Positions 8,881-21,891 of a stretch of 32,000 nucleotides of DNA are shown here, one piece after another (position 1 is the stretch's first letter; the number at the start of each line of letters is the position of its first letter). The translations under genes and the position numbers were made by a program. The DNA is from Methylophaga frappieri (GTDB taxonomy: Bacteria; Pseudomonadota; Gammaproteobacteria; Nitrosococcales; Methylophagaceae), in the NCBI RefSeq assembly GCF_000260965.1, contig NC_017856.1, positions 1,920,001 to 1,952,000 of the forward strand. Direction: 5' to 3'. The notes under the pieces were generated by a model that ran no database searches, was not told the DNA's origin, and saw nothing but the letters and a program-made list of their open reading frames with translations.

Positions 8881-9075
8881 ATTTCGCCTTAATGGCGAGT
8901 CAGGGAAATGTGTGCCCATTTCCCTGACCGCTTGCGTTACTCAGTTTATCCGGGGATTGGCCAACCCTCGCTACGCTTACAAATTTGGACGTCGGAGACG
9001 CCCTAAAGGTGAGTGGCATGGATGCATAAGCCAAATTAAATGAACGCCCCGCCCCGCGACAACATCTGAAGTTAA
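8881..9075. repeat. Interspersed intergenic repeat, copy A (uninterrupted)
   Basis: It contains a 12-bp-stem hairpin gtcagggaaatg/catttccctgac (8899..8928). It also has the motifs gacgccctaaaggtgagtggcatggatgca (8997..9026) and aaattaaatgaacgccccgc (9033..9052), both of which recur at 9885..9927 and 10156..10185. Confidence 0.55.
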
Positions 9076-9172
9076 AAAAAGAAGATATACTCGCAACAAT
9101 GCCTGTAAAACGCTCAATTAAGTTGCTGAACCGGTGACGTTATAGGATCAATTATTTCTGACTCTTATGGTT

Positions 9173-9658
9173 CTATGGATTATTTCTAGGATCATCCTCG
9201 GGATCGATATACGTAATATCCCACGGGCCGGTGGCAATCAGTTCAACAATGGTTTCTTCATCGCTTGTCCAGACATAATGCGAATGACCGGCAGGCAACA
9301 CAAAGCTGTCACCAACGTTCAACACCTCACCGTTTGTTTTATCAAACGTTTCGCCCATACCATTGCCTAGCTTGCCTTTCAGGACGGTAATTACTTCGGT
9401 AAACGGATGAGTATGGGCCGGGATCGGGTAATCCGCCGGAAATTTCAACCAGGCAATAAATACCCCGGCTTTGGTCGGGTCGCCAACCAGCACAACACTC
9501 TCTGCACCAGCCGGTAAAATTGCCTCTGGCTGCCAATTCACCTCATCAGCGCGAAATGACTGCATCTTATCTGCTGTCATCCGTTCAATTTGATCTTGCG
9601 CCAATGCCGTACCATTCAATGCCAGCAACATACTGGCAATAAAAATCAGCTTCATCAT
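9173..9658 (-). CDS. Secreted cupin-domain protein
   Basis: ORF 9173..9673. The preferred start is the ATG at 9658 (AAGGA 5-6 nt upstream). It has the signal peptide MMKLIFIASMLLALNGTALA and cupin motifs PAHTHPFTEVITVLKG ... PAGHSHYV. Confidence 0.75.
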   Translation of the reverse strand: MMKLIFIASMLLALNGTALAQDQIERMTADKMQSFRADEVNWQPEAILPAGAESVVLVGDPTKAGVFIAWLKFPADYPIPAHTHPFTEVITVLKGKLGNGMGETFDKTNGEVLNVGDSFVLPAGHSHYVWTSDEETIVELIATGPWDITYIDPEDDPRNNP

Positions 9659-9872
9659 TGTGTCCTTATGCAAAAAAATTTATAAAACAGCATTGTTGCT
9701 GTCCTGATCAAAATCATACGACTGTGACGCCACAAAGGCGTGTGCAAATCTCAGCCTGTTAGTCAGGAATTTGCTGAAAATACTCATCCCTCCGGAAAAG
9801 GTCAGTACAGGCTACGAAAAAGTCCATCAATCCCGTCTATTGTCGCCAAAATCCGCCTTGTTTTATGAGTGG

Positions 9873-10190
9873 AGTGATCGAGTGTTTGGAGGCCAGAAAC
9901 GCCTAAAGGGTGATTGGCATAGATGCACGAATCAAGCCTAGCCACCATCAGATCTGAATGCTGTCATTCCTCGCCAGCACAAACGGGGAGAGTGGGCTTT
10001 TTGTCCCGTTTTATTGCCGCCAAAAATTGAGTTTGTTTGATGGAAGAAGTGGTCGAGTGTTTGAGCGCTAGCGAGTTGTCGACCACGCCATCAAACAAGC
10101 TTAATTTTTGGGAGAAGGCAATATCGGGTGCCCTTTTGTTTGGTTCGTTTATTTTGGGCATGCAAAATAAATGAACGCCCCGCGGCAGCG
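9873..10190. repeat. Interspersed repeat, copy B (split by an internal palindromic element)
   Basis: tttggaggccagaaacgcctaaagggtgattggcatagatgca (9885..9927) is about 80 % identical to copy A. The gggcatgcaaaataaatgaacgccccgcgg segment (10156..10185) matches the 3' part of copy A. A partial third copy, gacgccacaaaggcgtgtgca, lies at 9726..9746. Confidence 0.5.
9981..10143. repeat. About 160-bp imperfect palindrome (MITE-like or REP-like element) nested in repeat copy B
   Basis: The arm ccaaaaattgagtttgtttgatgg (10020..10043) pairs with ccatcaaacaagcttaatttttgg (10088..10111), with mismatches at only 2-3 positions. There is an inner hairpin gtggtcgag/gtcgaccac (10049..10086). Weaker outer pairing through attgcc/ggcaat and gggc..cccg extends the structure. 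Confidence 0.45.
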
Positions 10191-10348
10191 TGTGAGTGTA
10201 GGTCAACAACAGAGTTTTGTATTTTTATACTGACCCCAAATATTTAGGTAGAACTGTTTAGCTCAATAGCATCTTTTCTGATTTGATTAGCTTATTATTA
10301 AGCTAGTCATGACCCCATAGCTCTTTAAACTCCGAGCAAGCTATCAAT

Positions 10349-11053
10349 CTAGTCTTCTGGGTAGAGGAGGTTTTTTGCCTTTCGAAGTTTTTCTATGGCA
10401 ATCTTATTTTGTCTGATTCCTTCATTAGTTGCTGTATAAAGCTCACTGGTTAGTGATTTAAGTTTTGTAACCCAGCCGTCCCCAATGTGCTGAGTCATCT
10501 GCACTTCAGAAACATATCTCCCAACACCATGCTCTATCAATGATTGTTGCACAGCTTGATACTCTGTATCACGCTCTTGAGAGACATTAAATGCTGATCT
10601 GGCAACCCACTCAGCATGAAGTATAGCTTCGATCAGATAGCCATTTTTAGCCCCTAAAGCAGAATATAAAGAACCAATATCATGAGTGCTCTCTTGTGTC
10701 ATCTTCAAGCCTATGAGGTTTATTTTTATCCACCTCTCTGCACTTGGATGATCTCCAAAATGCTTCAATAGCTTTTCACACATATCATGGTACTGCTGAC
10801 ACAACATCAATGACGTGAAGATTACTCTAATATTTTCTTCATTTCTGGCAGTGTCTTCACGCTTTGCTTGCCAAAGCATGGCAGCTCTTGTACCAGTAAA
10901 GGCACCTGCAAGAGCAGAAGTAAAAGCTATTAAAAATTGTCCAAAAAATTGACTCATCATATTTATATCAAAGAAGACAAAATAACAAACAAGGGCTATC
11001 GTTAAATAGCTTATTGCTCCATGATAAACTCCGCCGTTAATTTGATCTTTCAA
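10349..11053 (-). CDS. Orphan low-GC membrane-anchored protein (one or two N-terminal TM helices plus a helical soluble domain of about 170 aa), function unknown
   Basis: ORF 10349..11092. The listed TTG start at 11092 lies inside glmU. The candidate starts are the TTG at 11053 (4 nt after the glmU stop) or the ATG at 10960. TM segments are ISYLTIALVCYFVFF and FFGQFLIAFTSALAGAFTG. My 100-nt hand count gives about 38 % GC, against about 47 % in atpD. I recognise no family. Confidence 0.5.
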   Translation of the reverse strand: MKDQINGGVYHGAISYLTIALVCYFVFFDINMMSQFFGQFLIAFTSALAGAFTGTRAAMLWQAKREDTARNEENIRVIFTSLMLCQQYHDMCEKLLKHFGDHPSAERWIKINLIGLKMTQESTHDIGSLYSALGAKNGYLIEAILHAEWVARSAFNVSQERDTEYQAVQQSLIEHGVGRYVSEVQMTQHIGDGWVTKLKSLTSELYTATNEGIRQNKIAIEKLRKAKNLLYPED

Positions 11054-11057
11054 TCCA

Positions 11058-12428
11058 TCACTTCTTCTTAACCGGCCTCTTCCACCCCTCAACCGTCTTC
11101 TGCTTAGAAACAGTCAAAGTCAAAGCATCAGAAGGCGCCGTTTTACGAATCGTCGAACCCGCCCCAATCGTCGCCCCATCCTCAACAGTAACAGGCGCAA
11201 CCAACTGCGTATCCGACCCCACAAACACCCGATCCCCAATCACAGTGCGGTGCTTATTCGCCCCATCATAGTTACAAGTAATGGTACCGGCACCAATATT
11301 CACATCCGCACCCATATCGGTATCACCGATATAGCTCAGATGATTCACCTTGGAACCCAGACCGATATTGGCATTTTTCACTTCAACGAAGTTACCGATC
11401 TTGGCTTTGGCAGCGAGTACAGAACCCGGACGCAGACGGGCATAAGGACCGACTGAACAGTTTGCACCGACCTCAGCATTTTCAATAATGCTGTTCGGCA
11501 GAATCTCCGCACCTTCATGGATAATGCTGTTGATAATGATGCTATTGGCACCAATGCTGACGTTATCGGCGATTGTATTCGTACCTTCAAAGATGACGTT
11601 GATATCAACGGTTATGTCCTGTCCGGCAGTAATCTCGCCACGGATATCAACTCGTGCCGGGTCACGAAACGTCACCCCAGCCATCATCAAATCCGTAGCA
11701 CGATTTTGTTGATAATAACTTTCCAGTTCGGCGAGCTGGACGCGATTATTGACACCGGCGACTTCCATCTCGTCTTCACAGATCACGGATTCGATGTGCA
11801 TGCCTTGTGCAGCCGCTTTGGCAATCAAATCGGTCAGATAATATTCGCCTTGGGCATTGTTGTTATCTAACTGGCTTAACGCTTCAGCCAACCATGCCGA
11901 AGGAATACATAGGATGCCGGTATTGACTTCATTAATCTGGCGCGTTGCTTCATCGGCATCTTTTTCTTCGACAATCTGCACAATATTGTCCGCATCATCA
12001 CGGACAATCCGACCATAACCCGTTGGGTTTTCTAATAAAGCGGTGAGAATTTTCAGGGTATTATCGCCACCGGTGTTAATCAGTTCATCCAGCGTATTGA
12101 GCTCTATCAGTGGCACATCCCCATACAACACCAAGGTTTGCTGTGATTCAGCAAATAACGCTTTGGCCTGATCAACCGCATGTCCCGTCCCTTTTTGTTC
12201 CTGTTGCATCACGGTCGTTATACCTTGAGCTTCAACATAGGGGACAACCGTTTCAGCGCCATTGCCACAGACAACGACAAGTGGTTGGGGATTCAATTGC
12301 TTTGCTGTATCAATGACATGTTGCAATAAGGCTTTGCCACCTAATTGATGCATGACTTTAGGTTGGCTGGATTTCATGCGCGTGCCTTTGCCAGCGGCAA
12401 GAATAACGATAGACAGGGACATAAACAC
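11058..12428 (-). CDS. glmU: Bifunctional UDP-N-acetylglucosamine pyrophosphorylase / glucosamine-1-phosphate N-acetyltransferase
   Basis: It has the N-terminal motif LSIVILAAGKGTRMKS and left-handed beta-helix hexapeptide repeats in the C-terminal half. Length is 456 aa. The start is the GTG at 12428 or the ATG at 12422. Confidence 0.95.
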   Translation of the reverse strand: MFMSLSIVILAAGKGTRMKSSQPKVMHQLGGKALLQHVIDTAKQLNPQPLVVVCGNGAETVVPYVEAQGITTVMQQEQKGTGHAVDQAKALFAESQQTLVLYGDVPLIELNTLDELINTGGDNTLKILTALLENPTGYGRIVRDDADNIVQIVEEKDADEATRQINEVNTGILCIPSAWLAEALSQLDNNNAQGEYYLTDLIAKAAAQGMHIESVICEDEMEVAGVNNRVQLAELESYYQQNRATDLMMAGVTFRDPARVDIRGEITAGQDITVDINVIFEGTNTIADNVSIGANSIIINSIIHEGAEILPNSIIENAEVGANCSVGPYARLRPGSVLAAKAKIGNFVEVKNANIGLGSKVNHLSYIGDTDMGADVNIGAGTITCNYDGANKHRTVIGDRVFVGSDTQLVAPVTVEDGATIGAGSTIRKTAPSDALTLTVSKQKTVEGWKRPVKKK

Positions 12429-12511
12429 TCTGATTTGTTGGAGATAATTAACGCCATGATACCTGATGTGCTGTTTGCGGACACGGCTAGCATCACCACG
12501 AATTTTCAGGC

Positions 12512-12538
12512 AAAAAAAAGGCCGTCATCAGACGGCCC
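12512..12538 (-). terminator. Rho-independent terminator after atpC
   Basis: ggccgtc (12520..12526), loop atca, gacggcc (12531..12537). On the minus strand it is followed by TTTTTTTT (A-run 12512..12519). Confidence 0.8.
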
Positions 12539-12560
12539 CGGATTACAATGGCAAGGTTTC

Positions 12561-12983
12561 TTAACGACCTTTACCTTTACGCATCCGTTCAATGCTTCGT
12601 AACTGTGCCATCGCTTCTGCTAGCTGTGCAGCGGCTTCGGCATAATCAACTTTATCGGTTTTATCGTGCAGCGCTTTTTCTGCTGCCGCCTTGGCTTCCA
12701 ATGCTGCTGCTTCATCAACATCATTGGCGCGTAAAGCGGTATCCGCCAAAATTGTTACGGTATGCGGTTGCACTTCCAACATGCCACCAGAAACATAAAA
12801 ATGCTCTTCACTACCGTCTTTTAAGAGTCGGACTTCGCCCGGCTTTAAACGTGTCATTAACGGCGTATGGCGTGGATAAATACCAATCTCACCTTCTTGA
12901 GCAGAGGCAATCACGGCTTCGACAGAGCCAGAATAAATGGCTTGTTCGGCACTTACGATGTCAACATGGATAGTCATAGCCAT
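12561..12983 (-). CDS. atpC: F0F1 ATP synthase subunit epsilon
   Basis: [19 protein letters not shown] matches E. coli AtpC MAMTYHLDVVSAEQ. Length is 140 aa. Confidence 0.95.
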   Translation of the reverse strand: MAMTIHVDIVSAEQAIYSGSVEAVIASAQEGEIGIYPRHTPLMTRLKPGEVRLLKDGSEEHFYVSGGMLEVQPHTVTILADTALRANDVDEAAALEAKAAAEKALHDKTDKVDYAEAAAQLAEAMAQLRSIERMRKGKGR

Positions 12984-12999
12984 CCGTTACCTCCGAAAA

Positions 13000-15296
<2,297 letters not shown>

Positions 15297-15310
15297 TTAT
15301 AATGCTCCGA

Positions 15311-16852
15311 TTACCAGCTGCCGTTAGCTTTAAACTTCTCAATAGCACTGCGCATTTTGCCAGCGACATCGTCATCAAAGTTACCGGTGTTATTGATGGT
15401 ATCCATCAACTCAGCTTGCTCTGAACGCATATTCGCCAGTAACGCTGCTTCAAATGAGCCGACTTTATCGACATCAACATCATCCAGGAAGCCTTCGTTT
15501 GCTGAGAACAATGAGATAGCCATTTCAGCAACAGACAGTGGTTGATACTGTTTCTGTTTCATCAGCTCGGTCACACGCTGACCACGGCTGATTTGGGCAC
15601 GTGTCGCTTCATCCAGATCTGAGGCGAATTGCGCAAACGCAGCCAATTCACGGTATTGCGCCAAGTCAAGACGGATACCGCCACCCAGCTTTTTAATGAT
15701 CTTGGTTTGTGCTGCACCACCGACACGTGATACCGACAGACCCGCGTTAATCGCAGGACGGATACCGGAGTTGAACAGGTCCGTCTCCAAGAAAATCTGA
15801 CCGTCTGTAATCGAGATAACGTTGGTTGGTACGAATGCCGATACGTCACCCGCTTGGGTTTCGATAATTGGTAGCGCCGTCAATGAACCGGTTTTACCTT
15901 TTACTGCGCCGTTAGTCACTTGCTCAACATAATCAGCATTGACGCGTGCCGCACGCTCCAACAAACGTGAGTGCAAGTAGAAAACGTCACCTGGGTAAGC
16001 TTCACGGCCCGGTGGACGACGCAGCAACAAAGAAACCTGACGATATGCCCAAGCTTGCTTGGTCAAATCATCATAAATAATCAGCGCGTCTTCACCTTTA
16101 TCACGGAAATACTCACCCATTGAGCAACCCGCATAAGGCGCGATAAATTGGAGGGCCGCAGAATCTGATGCCGAAGCGGCAACGATAATGGTGTGCTCCA
16201 GCGCGCCATGTTCTTCCAGTTTACGCACTACGTTGGCGATAGAAGAGGCTTTTTGGCCAATCGCCACATAGATACATTTAACACCGGTCCCTTTTTGGTT
16301 GATGATGGTATCTACAGCGATCGCGGTTTTACCGGTTTGACGGTCACCGATAATCAGCTCACGCTGACCACGACCCACCGGAATCATCGCATCGATTGAT
16401 TTCAGACCGGTTTGAATCGGTTGATCAACCGATTGGCGAGCAATAACGCCCGGCGCGACTTTCTCAATTGGCGAGGATGACTCTGCTTTAATGTCGCCTT
16501 TGCCATCGATTGGTTTACCCAATGAATCGACAACACGCCCCAGCATGGCTTCACCGGTCGGGACTTCAAGAATACGACCTGTACATTTAACTTTATCGCC
16601 TTCGGTGATGTGCTGGTAATTACCCAGGACTACCGCACCGACGGAGTCACGCTCCAGGTTAAGCGCCATACCAAATGTGTTACCCGGAAACTCAAGCATT
16701 TCCCCGGACATGACATCGGCAAGACCGTGAACACGCACGATACCATCCGTTACACCAACAACGGTGCCTTCGGTTCGCGCTTCAGTAGCCCCATCAAAGC
16801 TTTCGATACGCTTTTTGATCAGGTCACTGATTTCTGCTGAATTCAGTTGCAT
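15311..16852 (-). CDS. atpA: F0F1 ATP synthase subunit alpha
   Basis: Walker A motif GDRQTGKT. Length is 513 aa, and its position in the operon is conserved. Confidence 0.97.
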   Translation of the reverse strand: MQLNSAEISDLIKKRIESFDGATEARTEGTVVGVTDGIVRVHGLADVMSGEMLEFPGNTFGMALNLERDSVGAVVLGNYQHITEGDKVKCTGRILEVPTGEAMLGRVVDSLGKPIDGKGDIKAESSSPIEKVAPGVIARQSVDQPIQTGLKSIDAMIPVGRGQRELIIGDRQTGKTAIAVDTIINQKGTGVKCIYVAIGQKASSIANVVRKLEEHGALEHTIIVAASASDSAALQFIAPYAGCSMGEYFRDKGEDALIIYDDLTKQAWAYRQVSLLLRRPPGREAYPGDVFYLHSRLLERAARVNADYVEQVTNGAVKGKTGSLTALPIIETQAGDVSAFVPTNVISITDGQIFLETDLFNSGIRPAINAGLSVSRVGGAAQTKIIKKLGGGIRLDLAQYRELAAFAQFASDLDEATRAQISRGQRVTELMKQKQYQPLSVAEMAISLFSANEGFLDDVDVDKVGSFEAALLANMRSEQAELMDTINNTGNFDDDVAGKMRSAIEKFKANGSW

Positions 16853-16877
16853 CTTTGTTTCCTCTTTAACGGGCCGG

Positions 16878-17408
16878 TTAGCGAATCGCGTTGGCCAGTC
16901 TGTTCAATTTACCTAAGGCAGATCCATCAATGACCAGATCGCCTGCCCGAATAATCGCACCACCCAGCAATGTGTCATCCACCGATTCGGTTATCGTGAC
17001 CTCTTTGCCAAGACGTTTTTTCAGCGCGGCTGCAATACTGGTTTTTTGTGCGTCTGTCAGTGGCTTCGCCGTGACGACATCTGCCTGCATCATTTGCTCA
17101 GCTTCGGCGCGCAGTTGTCCAAATAGTTCGGCAATTTCCGGCAATAACAACAGCCGGTTATTCTCTGCCAGCAACAATAAAAAATGCTTGGCATCGCCTG
17201 AAACACCACCAGCCACATCAGCCAGCAAATCGACCGCTTGAACATCGCTTACGGCAGGGCTTGTCAGGACAGCCTGAACTTCTGCTGTTTCTGCACACTG
17301 CGAAACGATTGCCAGCAAGTCTGTCCAAGCCTGCAAGTCATTTTTTTCCTGTGCCAGCGAAAAAGCCGCGACAGCATAGGGGCGCGCGATGGTTATTGCT
17401 TCTGCCAT
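16878..17408 (-). CDS. atpH: F0F1 ATP synthase subunit delta
   Basis: 176 aa, with [12 protein letters not shown] at the N-terminus. It lies between atpF and atpA. Confidence 0.92.
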   Translation of the reverse strand: MAEAITIARPYAVAAFSLAQEKNDLQAWTDLLAIVSQCAETAEVQAVLTSPAVSDVQAVDLLADVAGGVSGDAKHFLLLLAENNRLLLLPEIAELFGQLRAEAEQMMQADVVTAKPLTDAQKTSIAAALKKRLGKEVTITESVDDTLLGGAIIRAGDLVIDGSALGKLNRLANAIR

Positions 17409-17422
17409 GCTCTGTGATTCCT

Positions 17423-17893
17423 CTAGATTTGGCTGACCAGCTCATCGATCAGGTCGGTGTGCGCTTTATCATCAATCTCACGACTGAGGATTTTGCCCGC
17501 ACCCGCCAAGGCGACACCGGCGACTTGTGAACGCAACTCATCCCGAACGCGGTTTGCTTCCTGATCAATCTCTGCACGCGCAGAGTTCAACAGACGCTCA
17601 CCTTCTGTACGGGCGTTGTTTTTAGCTTCATCGACGATTTCATTACCACGGCGTTGCGCTTGTGAAACGATTTCACTGGCCTGATCTTTCGCTTCATGAA
17701 TGACTTGCTGGGCACGTCTTATCGCCAGCTCTTCATCATGACGACCACGTTCAGCCGCAGCCAGACCGTCAGCAATTTTCTTTTTGCGCTCTTCCAACGC
17801 TTGCATGATTGGCGGCCAAACGTATTTCATGCAAAACGCGACAAAGATCGCAAATGCAATGAGCTGACCTATCAAGGTTGCATTGAGATTCAT
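17423..17893 (-). CDS. atpF: F0F1 ATP synthase subunit b
   Basis: [40 protein letters not shown] gives a single TM helix followed by a long charged helix. Length is 156 aa. Confidence 0.93.
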   Translation of the reverse strand: MNLNATLIGQLIAFAIFVAFCMKYVWPPIMQALEERKKKIADGLAAAERGRHDEELAIRRAQQVIHEAKDQASEIVSQAQRRGNEIVDEAKNNARTEGERLLNSARAEIDQEANRVRDELRSQVAGVALAGAGKILSREIDDKAHTDLIDELVSQI

Positions 17894-17935
17894 GCCTGTA
17901 CCTCTTGTTTATCGCTAATGGGGTTGAAATTCGTC

Positions 17936-18193
<258 letters not shown>

Positions 18194-18226
18194 TTAACTA
18201 AAAAAAGAAAGTAAAACTCAAACAAA

Positions 18227-19515
<1,289 letters not shown>

Positions 19516-19554
19516 TGCTCGCGGATTACACTTTTGCCTGAAGCAAATCGCGAC

Positions 19555-19584
19555 ATTATAGATAGATGCCGGCGATGGGGTCAA
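19555..19584 (-). promoter_or_regulatory. Sigma-70-type promoter of the atp operon
   Basis: On the minus strand: TTGACC (19579..19584), an 18-nt spacer, then TATAAT (19555..19560). It sits about 40 nt upstream of the atpI ATG. Confidence 0.55.
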
Positions 19585-19597
19585 CGCATTCTGTCAT

Positions 19598-20458
19598 TCA
19601 CTTAATTCTGGACAGTAATTTTTTCAATTCTGTGACGGTTTTGTATTGAATAACAACCCGGCCTTTACCACTGCTGAGATGCTTGAGACTGGCTTGCTCA
19701 CCCAGCTTTTCAACTAACTGATTATTCAGTGCTTCCACATCGGCCTGCGCACCATGATTGGTTTTTTCCGGTATTTTGGCAGGCTTCAAAATGCGGCGAA
19801 CCAGTTGCTCTGTTTCGCGGACAGACAAGCCTTTTTCAACCACCTGTTGTGCGACATCTGATTGCACTTCGCCTTCCAGTGCTAGCAGCGCTCTCGCATG
19901 GCCCATTTCCAGATCACAGTTTTCCACCAGTCGTTTAACCGAATCGTGTAAATTTCGGAGGCGCAAAAGATTTGTCACGGTTGCTCGAGACTTACCAACC
20001 GCTTCTGCGGCTTGCTGGTGCGTCATTTCAAACTCCTCCCGGAGTCGAAATAGCGCATTGGCCTCTTCCATCGGATTCAGATTCTCACGCTGGATGTTTT
20101 CAATCAGCGCCATCGCAATTGCGCTCCGATCCGAAACATCTTTCACCAATACGGGAACACTGGTTAGTCCAGCTAGTTTAGAAGCCCGCCAGCGACGCTC
20201 ACCCGCAATAATTTCATAACGATTATCTCCAACAGGGCGCACAACAATTGGCTGAACCAAGCCTTGCGCGCGAATTGAATCTGCTAGTTCTTCCAAGGAC
20301 TCCTGTGACATATCCATGCGCGGTTGATACTTGCCCGGCTGAATCTGCTCCAGCGTGAAATGTTGCAAGCTATCATTACTGATGTCAGATTCCGCTTGCT
20401 CTACATCCGCCAGCAGCGCATCCAAGCCGCGCCCCAATCCTCTTTTTTTTGCTGCCAT
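19598..20458 (-). CDS. parB: Chromosome partitioning protein ParB (Spo0J)
   Basis: KRGLGRGLDALL at the N-terminus, the ParB box GERRWRASKLAG, and the HTH segment QQAAEAVGKSRATVTNLLRL. Length is 286 aa. Confidence 0.95.
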   Translation of the reverse strand: MAAKKRGLGRGLDALLADVEQAESDISNDSLQHFTLEQIQPGKYQPRMDMSQESLEELADSIRAQGLVQPIVVRPVGDNRYEIIAGERRWRASKLAGLTSVPVLVKDVSDRSAIAMALIENIQRENLNPMEEANALFRLREEFEMTHQQAAEAVGKSRATVTNLLRLRNLHDSVKRLVENCDLEMGHARALLALEGEVQSDVAQQVVEKGLSVRETEQLVRRILKPAKIPEKTNHGAQADVEALNNQLVEKLGEQASLKHLSSGKGRVVIQYKTVTELKKLLSRIK

Positions 20459-20463
20459 GTGAA

Positions 20464-21252
20464 TTATCCGCCTGCTGCTTCTGTTGCTTTTTTATCGCGC
20501 CGCATCAGCTCACTGGCCAACGCCATATAAGCGATGGCGCCGCGTGAGGCCCGATCATAATTTAACACAGGCAAGCCATGACTGGGGGCTTCTGCCAAAC
20601 GAACGTTTCGAGGAATAATCGAATGGAAGACCTTACCCTGAAAATGATTAATGAGTTGTCTTGAGACTTGATTAGCCAGATTATTGCGGGCATCAAACAT
20701 GGTGCGTATCAGGCCCGTCACTTCAAGGTTGGGATTGGCGCGTTGTTTTATACGTTCAATGGTTTTCAGTAATGATGACAGCCCCTCGAGCGCGTAATAC
20801 TCACATTGAATCGGTATCAACACACCGCGCGATGCCACTAAGGCATTCACTGTCAACATGCTTAGCGACGGCGGACAATCTATCAGGATAAAATCATATT
20901 TTTCTCGCGTGGACTCGAGGGCGAGCCGCAAACGGTGTTCACGTAATTTGACGTCCAGCAATTGCACTTCAGCGGCGGTCAAATCGGTATTTGCCGGCAT
21001 GACATCAAAACTCAGCTCATCGGGACGTACAATCGCATCCACCGCCTTACTCTCGGTCATCACCACTTCGTAGCTGCTATTGCTGAGATTTTCTTTGTCT
21101 ATTCCACAACCCGTCGTGGCATTACCTTGCGGGTCAAGATCGATCAATAAGACCTTTTTGCGATAATCGGCCAATGCTGCCGCCAGGTTAACCGTTGAGG
21201 TAGTTTTACCCACGCCACCTTTTTGATTGGTCACTGCATAGATATTGCCCAT
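20464..21252 (-). CDS. parA: Chromosome partitioning ATPase ParA (Soj)
   Basis: Deviant Walker A motif NQKGGVGKTT. Length is 262 aa. It ends 5 nt upstream of parB. Confidence 0.95.
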   Translation of the reverse strand: MGNIYAVTNQKGGVGKTTSTVNLAAALADYRKKVLLIDLDPQGNATTGCGIDKENLSNSSYEVVMTESKAVDAIVRPDELSFDVMPANTDLTAAEVQLLDVKLREHRLRLALESTREKYDFILIDCPPSLSMLTVNALVASRGVLIPIQCEYYALEGLSSLLKTIERIKQRANPNLEVTGLIRTMFDARNNLANQVSRQLINHFQGKVFHSIIPRNVRLAEAPSHGLPVLNYDRASRGAIAYMALASELMRRDKKATEAAGG

Positions 21253-21261
21253 GCTGTCAGC

Positions 21262-21891
21262 TTAATCCTTAGTCAGAGTTACCAAATGCCTTTGTCCATC
21301 GGTAAAGGGCACGTTGATGGCGGTCACCGCCTTGACTGAAAAACCGGGAGTTGGTACCGCCAGCTCAGCTGCCGGATAGACACCTTTCATTAATATCAGT
21401 CTGCCGGCATCATCGCAATGTCGGCCTGCTAAATCAATAATATCGGTAATACTGGCAAAGGCGCGTGCGGTCACAATCTCAAATTGCGGTAAGTCGACCT
21501 GCTCGACGCGACCATGGATAACGGTAACGTTATTTAAGGGTAATTCGGCTTTAACCTGTTGCAGGAAACGGGTTTTTTTGGCATTACTATCCAGCAGGGT
21601 TACGGCCATCTCAGGCCAACAGATTGCGGCCGGTATACCTGGCAAGCCACCGCCCGTACCCACATCCAGTAAACTGCTGCCATCCAAGGCAGGAATCACA
21701 GCCAGACTATCTATCAGGTGGCGATCCAGCATATTGTCGATGTCGCGCACCGCGGTCAGGTTGTAAACCTTGTTCCACTTGGCGAGCAAACTTAAATACG
21801 CTAATAGTTGTTGGAGCTGGGCGTCAGATAAGTTCAGGTCCAGCATGGCGCAGCCTTGTTCCAGCCGCGCCTTAAGTCTATCCGCCATCAA
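21262..21891 (-). CDS. rsmG: 16S rRNA (guanine527-N7)-methyltransferase RsmG (GidB)
   Basis: SAM-binding motif [14 protein letters not shown]. Length is 209 aa. Its start overlaps the mnmG stop (ATGA). Confidence 0.93.
   Translation of the reverse strand: MMADRLKARLEQGCAMLDLNLSDAQLQQLLAYLSLLAKWNKVYNLTAVRDIDNMLDRHLIDSLAVIPALDGSSLLDVGTGGGLPGIPAAICWPEMAVTLLDSNAKKTRFLQQVKAELPLNNVTVIHGRVEQVDLPQFEIVTARAFASITDIIDLAGRHCDDAGRLILMKGVYPAAELAVPTPGFSVKAVTAINVPFTDGQRHLVTLTKD

Noticed and set aside
9964-10209. 81-aa minus-strand ORF in the cupin-glmU spacer
   Set aside because: It runs straight through the palindromic and interspersed repeat elements, and part of it would be the reverse complement of itself. 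It has no ribosome-binding site. It is most likely a repeat-generated artefact.
8824-10348. Integron gene-cassette array (small ORFs separated by attC-like imperfect palindromes)
   Set aside because: There is no intI gene. I could not identify the paired RYYYAAC/GTTRRRY core sites at the repeat ends. The repeats are not positioned one per ORF 3' end, and the cupin gene has normal host-like GC. An interspersed REP/MITE-type repeat is the more economical reading.
20956-20966. parS-like sequence (tgttcacgtaa) inside parA, and a half-site ggtttcac near 22192
   Set aside because: Neither matches the 16-bp palindrome TGTTTCACGTGAAACA beyond one half-site. I found no full parS by eye in this window.
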